Positions 28,003 to 37,900 of a stretch of DNA of 48,430 nucleotides are shown piece by piece. The notes under the pieces are model-generated. The model had not been told where the DNA came from. It was given only the letters and a program-made list of their open reading frames with translations, and did no database searches. The translations under genes and the position numbers were made by a program. The stretch's first letter is position 1; every line of letters begins with the position of its first letter. The DNA is from a virus (taxonomy: Duplodnaviria; Caudoviricetes): the IMG/VR virus record IMGVR_UViG_3300022539_000112, positions 1 through 48,430 of that record, one strand, 5' to 3'.

Positions 28003-28531
28003 AGTTCTTGGATGTGGCGGGACAACTGAACGATTGAAAAGAGAAGGCCACGAAGTTAAAGTAACTTGGCTTGGTGCTGGTAGAGGTAGCGAATTTGATA
28101 ATCAATTTGACACGAATCTACTATTGTATTGGGTAGAAATTGTTGAAAAGCATATTGAAAGTTGTAAGCCCGAAATTATCTTTACCCATTACGAAAAAGA
28201 CCTAAACATAGACCATCGAATAACTTATCAAGCGGTAATAACAGCAGCAAGACCAGAACCGGATTGTTGCGTAAAAGAGATATATTCTTTTGAGATACCA
28301 AGTTCTACCGAATGGGCTTTTCCAACAAGTTTTTCGCCGAACGTATTTTATGATATAACAGACTATATTTCGATAAAAGAAAAGACGCTTATGGCACATT
28401 ATAAGGACGAGATGCGAGAATATCCTCATCCACGTTCCCAAGTTGGAGTCGATGTTTTAGCTGCCTATCGTGGTACGCAATGTGGTGTCAGATATGCTGA
28501 AGCCTTCAAAACAGTGAGACGAATTTTATGA
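27965..28531 (+). CDS. PIG-L/LmbE family deacetylase
   Basis: AAHPDDEVLGCGGT, DLNIDH, YPHPRS, AEAF. Confidence 0.92.
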   Translation: MKVLIVAAHPDDEVLGCGGTTERLKREGHEVKVTWLGAGRGSEFDNQFDTNLLLYWVEIVEKHIESCKPEIIFTHYEKDLNIDHRITYQAVITAARPEPDCCVKEIYSFEIPSSTEWAFPTSFSPNVFYDITDYISIKEKTLMAHYKDEMREYPHPRSQVGVDVLAAYRGTQCGVRYAEAFKTVRRIL

Positions 28532-28553
28532 GAAGGAGGAAAGCGATGTCTAA

Positions 28554-29501
28554 ATGTCAATACATCCAGACGGGACAGGAACAGGTTGGACAAACGTTGA
28601 GGCCGTTGACGTAAATCAACCTCACGGCAAGGATTATTTATATAGCCAGCACATAGCAAAAGGTGTTCGCAAAAGGATGAATCAGGAGCATTCGACCTTT
28701 GCCGATGCTACTGTAGGAGGGATACATACTCCTGGGGGATGTGCAGTTCTCGGAATGGAGATAACCGATGATTGTACTGCGCCTGTAGTTGGGGATGGTA
28801 CATATCGAGGACACGGACTTCTTTGGTCTTTGAGTAAGGACACAAGCAATTTCGGAGTTTTGTGGTGTTCTACTAAAGCTGCCGGTTCAAGTACGACCGG
28901 CGACTGGACGGTTCTTAAAATGCACCCTGACCTTCAATGGAGCGGTCAAGATGTTACCTGGGCGGGTGCGCACGAGTTCGATGCCTCTGTGGATATATCC
29001 GGTAACGTGGCAATGGATGGCGATTTGACTATTGATGGAGTATTAAAAGTCGATAGCTCTTGTGAGATTTCTGATGTTTATATCAATGGCGATATATCAA
29101 TGACTGGTTCTATTAAAGTGGCCACTGATGTTTCTATTACCGGCGATATGGCTATTGACGGCACTTCTAATTTTTATGGTGAGTGTGATTTTTCAGTTGC
29201 TAATGTTTATTTAAGTATAAATGGTACTCCGACCAAAGTATATACAAAATTTTTAACAGGAAATCTTGATGCCGATGCTGCAACTGATGTAGCACACGGA
29301 TGTGTGGTAGCAAACATTCTAAGCGTATCAGTTATTGCTTATGATGATGTCCTTACTGGTTATAGAGTATCAGAACATTTTATAGCAGCAGACGCAGACG
29401 CAGGTTATACAATTTATTACGATGCTGCAAATATTAAAATTAGTAATGTTGGGGCTGATTTACAAGGTAATGCTTACAGAATCAGAATTGAATATACATA
29501 A
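28554..29501 (+). CDS. tail fibre/needle-like virion protein
   Basis: GDLTIDG-type beta repeats; distinct C-terminal domain. Confidence 0.7.
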   Translation: MSIHPDGTGTGWTNVEAVDVNQPHGKDYLYSQHIAKGVRKRMNQEHSTFADATVGGIHTPGGCAVLGMEITDDCTAPVVGDGTYRGHGLLWSLSKDTSNFGVLWCSTKAAGSSTTGDWTVLKMHPDLQWSGQDVTWAGAHEFDASVDISGNVAMDGDLTIDGVLKVDSSCEISDVYINGDISMTGSIKVATDVSITGDMAIDGTSNFYGECDFSVANVYLSINGTPTKVYTKFLTGNLDADAATDVAHGCVVANILSVSVIAYDDVLTGYRVSEHFIAADADAGYTIYYDAANIKISNVGADLQGNAYRIRIEYT

Positions 29502-29538
29502 GGAATTTAATGGTATTTTTAGATAGAGAGAAATAACA

Positions 29539-32025
29539 ATGTCTCCGCTTATACAAAATCCAGATTTAGGATTGAATGCTTTAGTACCGCCTAACGCCCT
29601 TGATTTACGAGAAGCGGCTGAGGGTAGTCAGAATTTGGTCTATGAATATGGAATTTTGCGAAAGCCTTATGGTTTTGCCAAGATCGATTTAACATCCGGT
29701 CTTAATAGTGGCGATACAATTCTTTCTACCTTTCAATGGAAAGAGCTTGACGATACTGGTCACTTAACGGCAGTGACTACGGAAAAGATATATGACCACG
29801 ACAGGGTGAATAACGAATGGGACGACAAGACACAAGATAGCGTTACAATGGCCTCTGCTATTGATACTCCCATAAGCTACGCTGTTGTAGGGCACGATGA
29901 TACTGCTATATATCTTGACGATGATACTTCAAGGGCAAAAGCGTATCATCATGTAGTTGTATGTGACGGCGGCTTATCGAATATACAAAGGTGGGCGGGT
30001 AAATGGGAAACTGATTTTGGCGATTTGGTTGGCGGTGGCGGTTATCACGATGGTACGCAGCATAGAGCCTTGCAAGTGAGTTTATCTAAAAGAAACAGAT
30101 TACTGTTATTGAGTCCGAGATTATATAGTTCAAGTACGGCCACCTGGGTAGAAAACAATCAAATGATACAATGGCCTACTATTGGCAAGATAGAGACTTG
30201 GACGGGAACGGGTTCAGGGTTTTCTCTTTTATTAGATACGGCAGGTACAAATGTCTGGAGTGCGTCTCTGGGCAGTGACCATATAATTTATCAGACAAGA
30301 GGAATATGGTCTTTGAATTGGGTCGGCGGAACAACTGTTTTTAGTCCTGTTCCGGTTATACCGGATTTGGGACTTTTGAGTTATCATTTATTATTCAGTT
30401 ATAACAATGTTCACTATTTCGTAGGAACAGATTTTAATGTCCACGCTTACTATGGTGGTTCGGTAAGAAAATCTATCGGCGATAAGATACATAAATATCT
30501 TCAGGAAGACTTAGATCCAAAGTACAAAAATCGCTGTTGGCTAAGAATGGGGCCAAAGGGCAGGTTCTTGTATATATTCATAGTGCCATCCGGCTCGACT
30601 TATATTACAAAAGCATATCGAAGGAATATGCAGACCGAAGCGTGGATGGTAATGGATTACTATAACGCCTGGAGTAGTACGACCGGTATATCCGCTATAT
30701 GTCTTGCAGGGGCGGAAAGTTATACTATTGGCGAAACTTACCAGACAGCACTGGATACCAATTCCGCCTATGCCGTTTCCGATGCTGGTGATATTACAAG
30801 ACGTTATGCCGATAACCTTTTGGAGATAAGCCGGACATTGACGAAAGATTATACGGCGGGTACGTGGGGTGCCGGTGGCCTTGATTACAGTAAGGCGGCA
30901 GAAGCGTTTACAGCGGATATTTCCGAAAACGATATTTTGGCGTGTTACGATGGTTCAAACGCTACCAATACGAGATATGGTACTCATTTTTATACTGTGT
31001 TCGATGTTTCGACTAACGGCTTTGCTGTCCGACCCACAGAGGACAAGACGACCAACCAAGAACACGGGATAGCCGATACGAGCACTAACGTACCTGCCGA
31101 CTTGTCCATAGACGGTCTTGATACGGTAGGTTTCTTTTCGGCTTGCGACAGTGGCGTAGTAGGTGATACTTATGAACAAGTATCACAAAATATTCAACAG
31201 CAGGAAAGACTTATTTTTGGGGATGATGCTGGATACATTTATAAGATCGATGAGACTTATACTACTAATAACGGCTACAATATAGACAGCAGGCACTTGA
31301 CCCCGGTAATAGATGGCGGATTGCCCGGCGCTTATAAAAGGTGGCCTGGCATAAGAGTGACGGCAAAAGGTGATAATTTTAATATTAGGAGTAGAATCGG
31401 CAACTTTGATACAAAGGAGATAGGATGGACGGATATAAGTCAGGAACTTACAAACGAATGGGTGAACTATGAATTTCCCTTAAATATAACTTCTAAGAAA
31501 ATTCAATGGTCAATCAGGGGACATAGAACCTTTGAATGGATTGAAATATCAAGTTCTCATTATGATAGCCATTGTGGGGATGATGGTATTCATACAATTG
31601 AAGGAGCGCTTGGTGGAACAGAATTTTGGGGAGATGAACTTGAACACACACATTGGTTTATTCTTAATTTAGGCCAAAGATATGATGTTAAGAAAATTAG
31701 AAGTCGTTCAATTCTTCCCTATGCCCCAATAGATGTCAATATTTATGTTTCAAATGAGAAAGGAATTTGGGGAACAGCAGTAAAAACTGGAATATCTACA
31801 TGGCACGATACATCATCTTGGGTTGAAATAGATGTAATGGAAAAAAATGGTCAATATGTCAAGGTGGAAATAATCAGCACAGAACTTGCTCTTAATTATC
31901 TTGCTTGGGGAAAAAGTTCTCCATATATGAATATTTTTGATGTTTATATTTCTTCTTCAGATAGTGAAACATTTCAAGTATCCGACTTTGAAATTATACC
32001 GCCTACAATCGAGGACAATCGTTAA
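29539..32025 (+). CDS. tail tubular protein B / P22 gp10-like nozzle with discoidin-like insert
   Basis: GLN...QNLVYEYGILRKPYG N-terminus, beta-propeller-like body, HWFILNLG...GQYVKVEI insert. Confidence 0.75.
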   Translation: MSPLIQNPDLGLNALVPPNALDLREAAEGSQNLVYEYGILRKPYGFAKIDLTSGLNSGDTILSTFQWKELDDTGHLTAVTTEKIYDHDRVNNEWDDKTQDSVTMASAIDTPISYAVVGHDDTAIYLDDDTSRAKAYHHVVVCDGGLSNIQRWAGKWETDFGDLVGGGGYHDGTQHRALQVSLSKRNRLLLLSPRLYSSSTATWVENNQMIQWPTIGKIETWTGTGSGFSLLLDTAGTNVWSASLGSDHIIYQTRGIWSLNWVGGTTVFSPVPVIPDLGLLSYHLLFSYNNVHYFVGTDFNVHAYYGGSVRKSIGDKIHKYLQEDLDPKYKNRCWLRMGPKGRFLYIFIVPSGSTYITKAYRRNMQTEAWMVMDYYNAWSSTTGISAICLAGAESYTIGETYQTALDTNSAYAVSDAGDITRRYADNLLEISRTLTKDYTAGTWGAGGLDYSKAAEAFTADISENDILACYDGSNATNTRYGTHFYTVFDVSTNGFAVRPTEDKTTNQEHGIADTSTNVPADLSIDGLDTVGFFSACDSGVVGDTYEQVSQNIQQQERLIFGDDAGYIYKIDETYTTNNGYNIDSRHLTPVIDGGLPGAYKRWPGIRVTAKGDNFNIRSRIGNFDTKEIGWTDISQELTNEWVNYEFPLNITSKKIQWSIRGHRTFEWIEISSSHYDSHCGDDGIHTIEGALGGTEFWGDELEHTHWFILNLGQRYDVKKIRSRSILPYAPIDVNIYVSNEKGIWGTAVKTGISTWHDTSSWVEIDVMEKNGQYVKVEIISTELALNYLAWGKSSPYMNIFDVYISSSDSETFQVSDFEIIPPTIEDNR

Positions 32026-32759
32026 TGGAACTAACTGAAATACAAAAGCCGCCTGATGATATGCCCCCAAGCTGGGCGGTGTGGATACAAACGCATCTCA
32101 GGGAGCTTTTTAATTCTTTACGACAGCTATTGATAGGTATTTATGTTGACGAAGATGGCGTGACATATATCGGAGATGGCGGGGTAGCTAATTATACTAA
32201 GATAGACACTGACGGCGAGGTTACTTTACACGGTACAGCAAGGGCATATTATCACAGAGAAATTGATGCAGGTCAGTTTACTAAAATAGCAGGTGGCAGC
32301 CCGCCCGGTATAAGCAATCAGGGAACATTTGATGTATTACTTTTTGACTCTGTTGGTACGGAGGAAGCATTTTATAATTATCACCTATCAGAAGATTGGG
32401 CGACTGGAACAGATATAACAGTCAGGATTTACTGGACGCCTACTACCAATGCGGTCGGCAAGCACGTCCAGTGGGAAATAGACTGGGAGGCGAGGGCGAC
32501 AGCGGCCGCGGCCGCGGGGGAATTACTTGGTGCCGGTTCGACTAATGTAGAGTTGCACGATGATACTTACGCCGGTGCCTGGAATCTTCAGAAAACCTCA
32601 GAAGGGACAATATCCGGTGCATCTTTGGTTGCTGGCGACGTTATAGGCATAAAATTAAGCAGGAAGATTGAGGCTGCTGATGATTATGATGGTGCTGACG
32701 CGGCATTCGTACATTTAGAGATAAAACACATGAGAGATAGATTTGGCGAAGCAACATGA
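32025..32759 (+). CDS. putative tail-associated protein
   Basis: TAATG coupling; beta-sandwich C-terminal part. Confidence 0.7.
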   Translation: MELTEIQKPPDDMPPSWAVWIQTHLRELFNSLRQLLIGIYVDEDGVTYIGDGGVANYTKIDTDGEVTLHGTARAYYHREIDAGQFTKIAGGSPPGISNQGTFDVLLFDSVGTEEAFYNYHLSEDWATGTDITVRIYWTPTTNAVGKHVQWEIDWEARATAAAAAGELLGAGSTNVELHDDTYAGAWNLQKTSEGTISGASLVAGDVIGIKLSRKIEAADDYDGADAAFVHLEIKHMRDRFGEAT

Positions 32760-33001
32760 AAATTGAGGCACTTAATATACTAAAAAGAAAAGGCAATAAG
32801 TGGGAGTACAATGGACGCTTTTACTGTAATAGCAAGTGGATTCCTGTTATTGGCACTGTTGGTAATTTTCAGACGGAATCACAGACAAAAAAGGCGATAA
32901 TCAAAAGAATCAAAGGTCAAGCCAAAACCTACAAGGCCGAACAGGATATATCGCAGGAAAAAACATTAACACCTAACGATGTATTCAAGGTAAGTTTATG
33001 A
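32756..33001 (+). CDS. hypothetical protein
   Basis: ATGA overlaps on both sides. Confidence 0.65.
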   Translation: MKIEALNILKRKGNKWEYNGRFYCNSKWIPVIGTVGNFQTESQTKKAIIKRIKGQAKTYKAEQDISQEKTLTPNDVFKVSL

Positions 33002-33396
33002 TAATCTGGAATTGCAAAGACGAAAGTATTGCTATGAGACTGATTCCTTGGTTTTTGCCAGCCAACCAAACCCCTTTGGATATGGGTTGGGAATTGCACG
33101 AAAGATTACGAGAAAAGCCTGACGATACATTTTGTTTGGTTGCTATTGAAAAGAATATTATTCAAGGAATGGCAATAGCTTATGTCCGCAAGCGGGATGT
33201 ATGGCTATGGCAGGCCCACGTAAGAAAAGGATTCAAATATACCAAGATGTTATTTGACGGCCTTAAAATATGGGCTAAGTCAAAAAAGCGAAGAAAGATA
33301 AGAATGGGAGTATTTGAGAAACAAGATGCCTTCCAAAGACGATGGGGATTCAAACCCTGTCGTTGGGAGAAGAATGTTTTTGAGGTGAAAATATGA
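32998..33396 (+). CDS. GNAT-fold protein preceding ejection proteins
   Basis: LKIWAKSK..KIRM...FQRRWGFK; position as in podoviruses. Confidence 0.7.
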   Translation: MIIWNCKDESIAMRLIPWFLPANQTPLDMGWELHERLREKPDDTFCLVAIEKNIIQGMAIAYVRKRDVWLWQAHVRKGFKYTKMLFDGLKIWAKSKKRRKIRMGVFEKQDAFQRRWGFKPCRWEKNVFEVKI

Positions 33397-34208
33397 GTAT
33401 AGGTGCCACAAAATCAGAAAGTACAACTCAAAGAAAAACACCCGAACAAACTGCATGGCTCGGTCAAGCGTTGGAAGAATATGGCCCAACGCTGGGGCAG
33501 GGAGAAGATGTTTTTGCAGGAACGAGAGTTGCTCCTCTTACTCCTACCCAGACCCAAGCTACAGACGTTCAGGGATTTCTTAAACAATTTGCTCCATATC
33601 GAGATATGCCGATGTTCGGAGAAACGGGTACTGCGCTTTCGGGTGTATTATCAGGAACAACCGGAGCAGCCCCAATAACGCCGGAAGCCACTGAGCAATT
33701 TTATAAAAGAACTATTGAAGACCCTGCCGCTGCTCGTTGGGAAGAATCTATTAAGCCAGGCATACGAGAAGAATTTGCAGGCCCGGGCTTTTGGGGTTCA
33801 GCACGGCCGAGAGCGGTAACAAAGGCGGGCACAGACCTTTCTAATTGGCTTGGTACACAAAGAGGACAATTGGAATGGGACGTAGGGCAAGCTAACCGTC
33901 AGATTGAGGAGGCTAAAGCAGGGCGGTCTTTGGCTGCAATCCAACCTGGTATGCAATACGGACAAACACCTACTCAAGAGGCACAAGCGAGACTTACCGG
34001 ACGTGGCGAAGTTTTAGGATTATCAACTGTCCAGCAGCAGCAACAACAGGCAGAGATAAATGCTGCAATTCAAACATTTGCTGAAGAAAATCGTCTCACA
34101 TCTGAAGAGGATATGCAAATTTTAATGGCCTTATTAGGTCTTGACTTTACAACGGGTACAAGTTTAGGTCGAGGATTTAATGTAGGCTTACCACAATCGG
34201 CAGGATAA
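33393..34208 (+). CDS. DNA ejection (internal virion) protein
   Basis: Q/T/G/A-rich, RVAPLTPTQ, AGPGFWGSAR motif. Confidence 0.7.
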   Translation: MSIGATKSESTTQRKTPEQTAWLGQALEEYGPTLGQGEDVFAGTRVAPLTPTQTQATDVQGFLKQFAPYRDMPMFGETGTALSGVLSGTTGAAPITPEATEQFYKRTIEDPAAARWEESIKPGIREEFAGPGFWGSARPRAVTKAGTDLSNWLGTQRGQLEWDVGQANRQIEEAKAGRSLAAIQPGMQYGQTPTQEAQARLTGRGEVLGLSTVQQQQQQAEINAAIQTFAEENRLTSEEDMQILMALLGLDFTTGTSLGRGFNVGLPQSAG

Positions 34209-34219
34209 GGAGAATAATT

Positions 34220-34945
34220 ATGCCAAGTGCATTAGATATGTTAGGTAATATGGCACAAATGCCTTTTAAGGCGGCTGGTAGTTTGAGCGATGCTTATTAT
34301 TATGGCGGAACGGATGAGAAAAAGCGAAGGCGGGAATTTGCCGAAGCGAGGCAGAAAATACAGGATGCCGGTGGTATAAGTACCGCGGCTGGACGTAAGC
34401 TTCTTGCCCAGACAATGAACAAATACAGAACGGAAGGTGAGCCATTTGCACCTGAGAGTTTTAAGTCTGAACTTGAGCAGGCTCGTACAGGATATTATGA
34501 ACGGCCCGACCCGCTTTCGGATTTCCTTAAAACCATTCAATCCCCGGAAGAGGGTGTGCCTTCAGAACCAATATCAAAGAAAGGTTTATTTGGCGGACTT
34601 ACAGCACCTTCTTCTCCGGCCCCAGAGTTATCCATATCAAAAGGCGAAGGTGAAATGGATGTTTTTAGTGAAATGATGCAAAGACCAGCTCAAGCTTCTC
34701 CTTTACAGCAGGGATTTATGCGGGATATTCAAAATGCTACCCAAGCCATCAAAAATGGCGCTCCACCGGAAGATGTACGGGCAAGGCTTTTGAAGACTTA
34801 TCCTTTCCGAAAAGGTGATATAGAAAAGTATATGGCTATGGCTACGCAGGGTGAAATGGATGTGTACGAAAAATTGAAGGCGGGAAGATTTGGTGGCGGC
34901 AAAGGCGGTCGTTTCAGAGGTCATGGAGCAACCGGGGGTTGGTAA
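34220..34945 (+). CDS. putative internal virion protein
   Basis: AAGGAG RBS; between ejection genes; FGGGKGGRFRGHGATGGW tail. Confidence 0.65.
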   Translation: MPSALDMLGNMAQMPFKAAGSLSDAYYYGGTDEKKRRREFAEARQKIQDAGGISTAAGRKLLAQTMNKYRTEGEPFAPESFKSELEQARTGYYERPDPLSDFLKTIQSPEEGVPSEPISKKGLFGGLTAPSSPAPELSISKGEGEMDVFSEMMQRPAQASPLQQGFMRDIQNATQAIKNGAPPEDVRARLLKTYPFRKGDIEKYMAMATQGEMDVYEKLKAGRFGGGKGGRFRGHGATGGW

Positions 34946-37900
34946 TGATAGACTTCAATGACCTAATTCCAAAAGCTATTCCAGCATCACCGCCAATAGA
35001 TTTTGGTGATTTGATGCCGCAAGGTTCGTTGGACGCTATGGAGCCGCTCGACCCTAATATGACGGGCACAGCTTTAATGGACGAGATTGGCAAAGGTCGC
35101 AGACCTGAACCGGTTGATATGCCAGAAATAGTTGACCCACAAGGTTTAACGGGAGATATATTACGACCTAAAGGAGAAAAACCTCTTCGTGCCGCATGGC
35201 AGATACCAAAAGGATTGGCAGGCGGCGTTGAACAAATGGTTGGTACTGCTGGAACAATGATGAGGGCAATGGCGGAGAAGGCTTCGATTGGGGATATTCT
35301 TACAAGACATACCGATTTGCCATTCGGAGCAGGAGCAATAGCGGAATATATAGTTAGAAAGTTCGGCCCGAAAGCTCCAGCAGAATTTTTCGATAAGCAG
35401 ATGGAAAAGTATGCCAAGCAAGGCGAAAAGTGGGCAGATTTCTGGGAAGAGCAAGCAAATAAAGGATGGGAAGCGCCTGAACCCGAAATAATGAACGCTA
35501 AATGGCGGGAAATGCCTGTAACTAAAGGTGCTGCGACAATATCCAGGGCTGTCCCAAATTATCTTGCTGCTATTGGTTTATCAACGCTTACGAAAAATCC
35601 ACAGGCAGGCTTATTGTTTATATCAGCGACATCAAGTGCAGGAGCATATCGCAGGCAAAGAAAAGCCGGTGCTGGCGTAACTAAAGCTCAAGCGATAGCG
35701 ACAATGACAGGTGCTTGGGAATATGTTACCGAGTTAGTGCCTTTTCAAGAGATTTTCAAACCTGCCAAAAGCACATTTAATAAAATGTTCAAATTGGGAA
35801 CGATGGAAGCTGCTCAGGAATTTGTGCAGGGAATAGGCGAGAATTTTCTCGAATACTTTGGATATAAGGCTAAAGACCTAAAATCCGTACCTGATGCTGT
35901 TAAAGAAGGTTTGCAACACGCAATGGACAATTGGAGAGAAAACGTAGTTGCTGGCGCAGGACTTGGTATTATGGGTGGTGGAGTATCAACTGGTTTGCCT
36001 GCTATGGATAAATCAATAATAGAAAAGGCCAAGCAAAAATCAATTGAGGAATTTCAAACCGAACAAGAAAGATTATATCAAATTGAAAAGGCAAAACCTA
36101 CTCCCACAGAGGCCATTGTAGTCCCCAGCAAGCCCGTGGCGCCAATAACTAAGCCAAAGGCTAAGATTACCCCTGCTAAGGCAGAGGGGGAGATAGCAGT
36201 AGCAGAAGGTAAAGTGAGATTATTTCACGGCACCCCAGATAAAACTTTAGATTTACAATCATTGAAAGAAAAAAAATCAACCCAAGGAATTGGTATCTAT
36301 TTCACAGATTCTGCAAAGGAAGCAAGTAAATACAAAAAAACAGGCAAAATCATTGAAGTTGAAGCTGAAAATCTAAATTTGTGGAATAATCAGAAAGCTA
36401 CTAAAGCAGAGCAGAATAAACTTGGAGATTTATATGATAAATATGCAAAACAACTGGGTGAGCGTGGCGAAAAAGCAATGAATATGGCATTGAAAGAATT
36501 GGGATATGACGGGAAAGTCATCGAAATAACTCCGACCAGAAACGAATATATTATATTTGAATCGAGCAAAGACAAACTAACAGTTGCCCAGCCCGTAGCT
36601 AAGGCAGAGCCAGCTAAGAAACAATTCTTAGAAATGACGAGGGAAGAGCAGGTAGAGTATGTAGATTCTCTCAGGAAAAAGCCGATTCAAGAACTTTCAC
36701 TTGCTGATTATCGAGATATGCATGCAAAAAGATTTCTGCCGGGCGCTTCACAATGGGAAAGAGGCTATATAAAAAATAGAGCGTCAATAGATGCTGACTA
36801 TCGCAAGGCAATAAAAGCCGCTAAAGAGACAGAGCCAGTAAAGCCAAAGCCAAGTGAAAGTGCTAACGCTTTTGAACAACCAATATCTCCCGTTACAGAA
36901 TTTGAAGAATCCAAAAAAGATATAAAACGAAAACTAAGAGCCAAGCCTGGTTTTGCGATGATACCATCAGCTAATGAGTTCAAAGAAATTGGGAATGAAT
37001 TAAAGGATATAGCAAAAAGTATATCTAAACCACAAGAAGATGTAGTTATAGATGTGGCCGGAGCGATAGAAAAGTGGAGAGCAAACACAAATCTTGCCGG
37101 TCTATATGCTGATTGGTCGCAAGCATCTTTGAAAAAAATCAAAGCCACTGCAAAACAAGCTACAGATGTTGATAATTGGCTTGATAACCCCGTAACATAT
37201 CAAGAAGTATTCGATAAACTTCCAGATAAAGTTAAAGGGCTTGGTCGAACATTAAAAGAAGATTACGAAAAACTCAAGAATATCGCTAAAGACAACGATA
37301 TACTTCAAACTTGGGTGGATAATTATACTCCTCATTTATATAAGGACAATTGGACTCGTCTTAAACGCACATTATGGCCTGTTGGTGGAAAGTTAGGAAC
37401 AAAGTTCAGACACGCCAAACAAAGAGTATTCAAGACAATGGACGAAGCTCGCAAGGCCGGACTACATCCTATAACCGACCCTATCGTTAAAAATGCTACT
37501 TATAAATATCAGTTATTCAAGACCCTTGCCAATAAGAATCTGCTTGAGACATTGAAGAAAATGAAACGAGAAGATGGTTTGCCTTTGATAATGGGCAGAC
37601 CTAAAAATGTAGATAAGTTACGTATTTACGAAAACGAATATGAATGGGTAAATGTTCCCGGCCTTCAGAGGTTTATGTATGTTGGTGAGGCAGGTGAAAT
37701 GCCTATGCTTGTACGCCAGAGTGCCAAGGCTGACCCACAAGTGGCTAAAGTCTTAAATAATGTTTTCGCTCCGTGGACTCCAAGAGCAAAATGGGTAAGG
37801 GGTTATATGTGGTTACGGGGCAGGGTCAAGCGTTTGATTATGTATAATCCTCTTATTCACAGTTGGAATATATGGTCAGACGTTTTCGATGAAGTGAATT

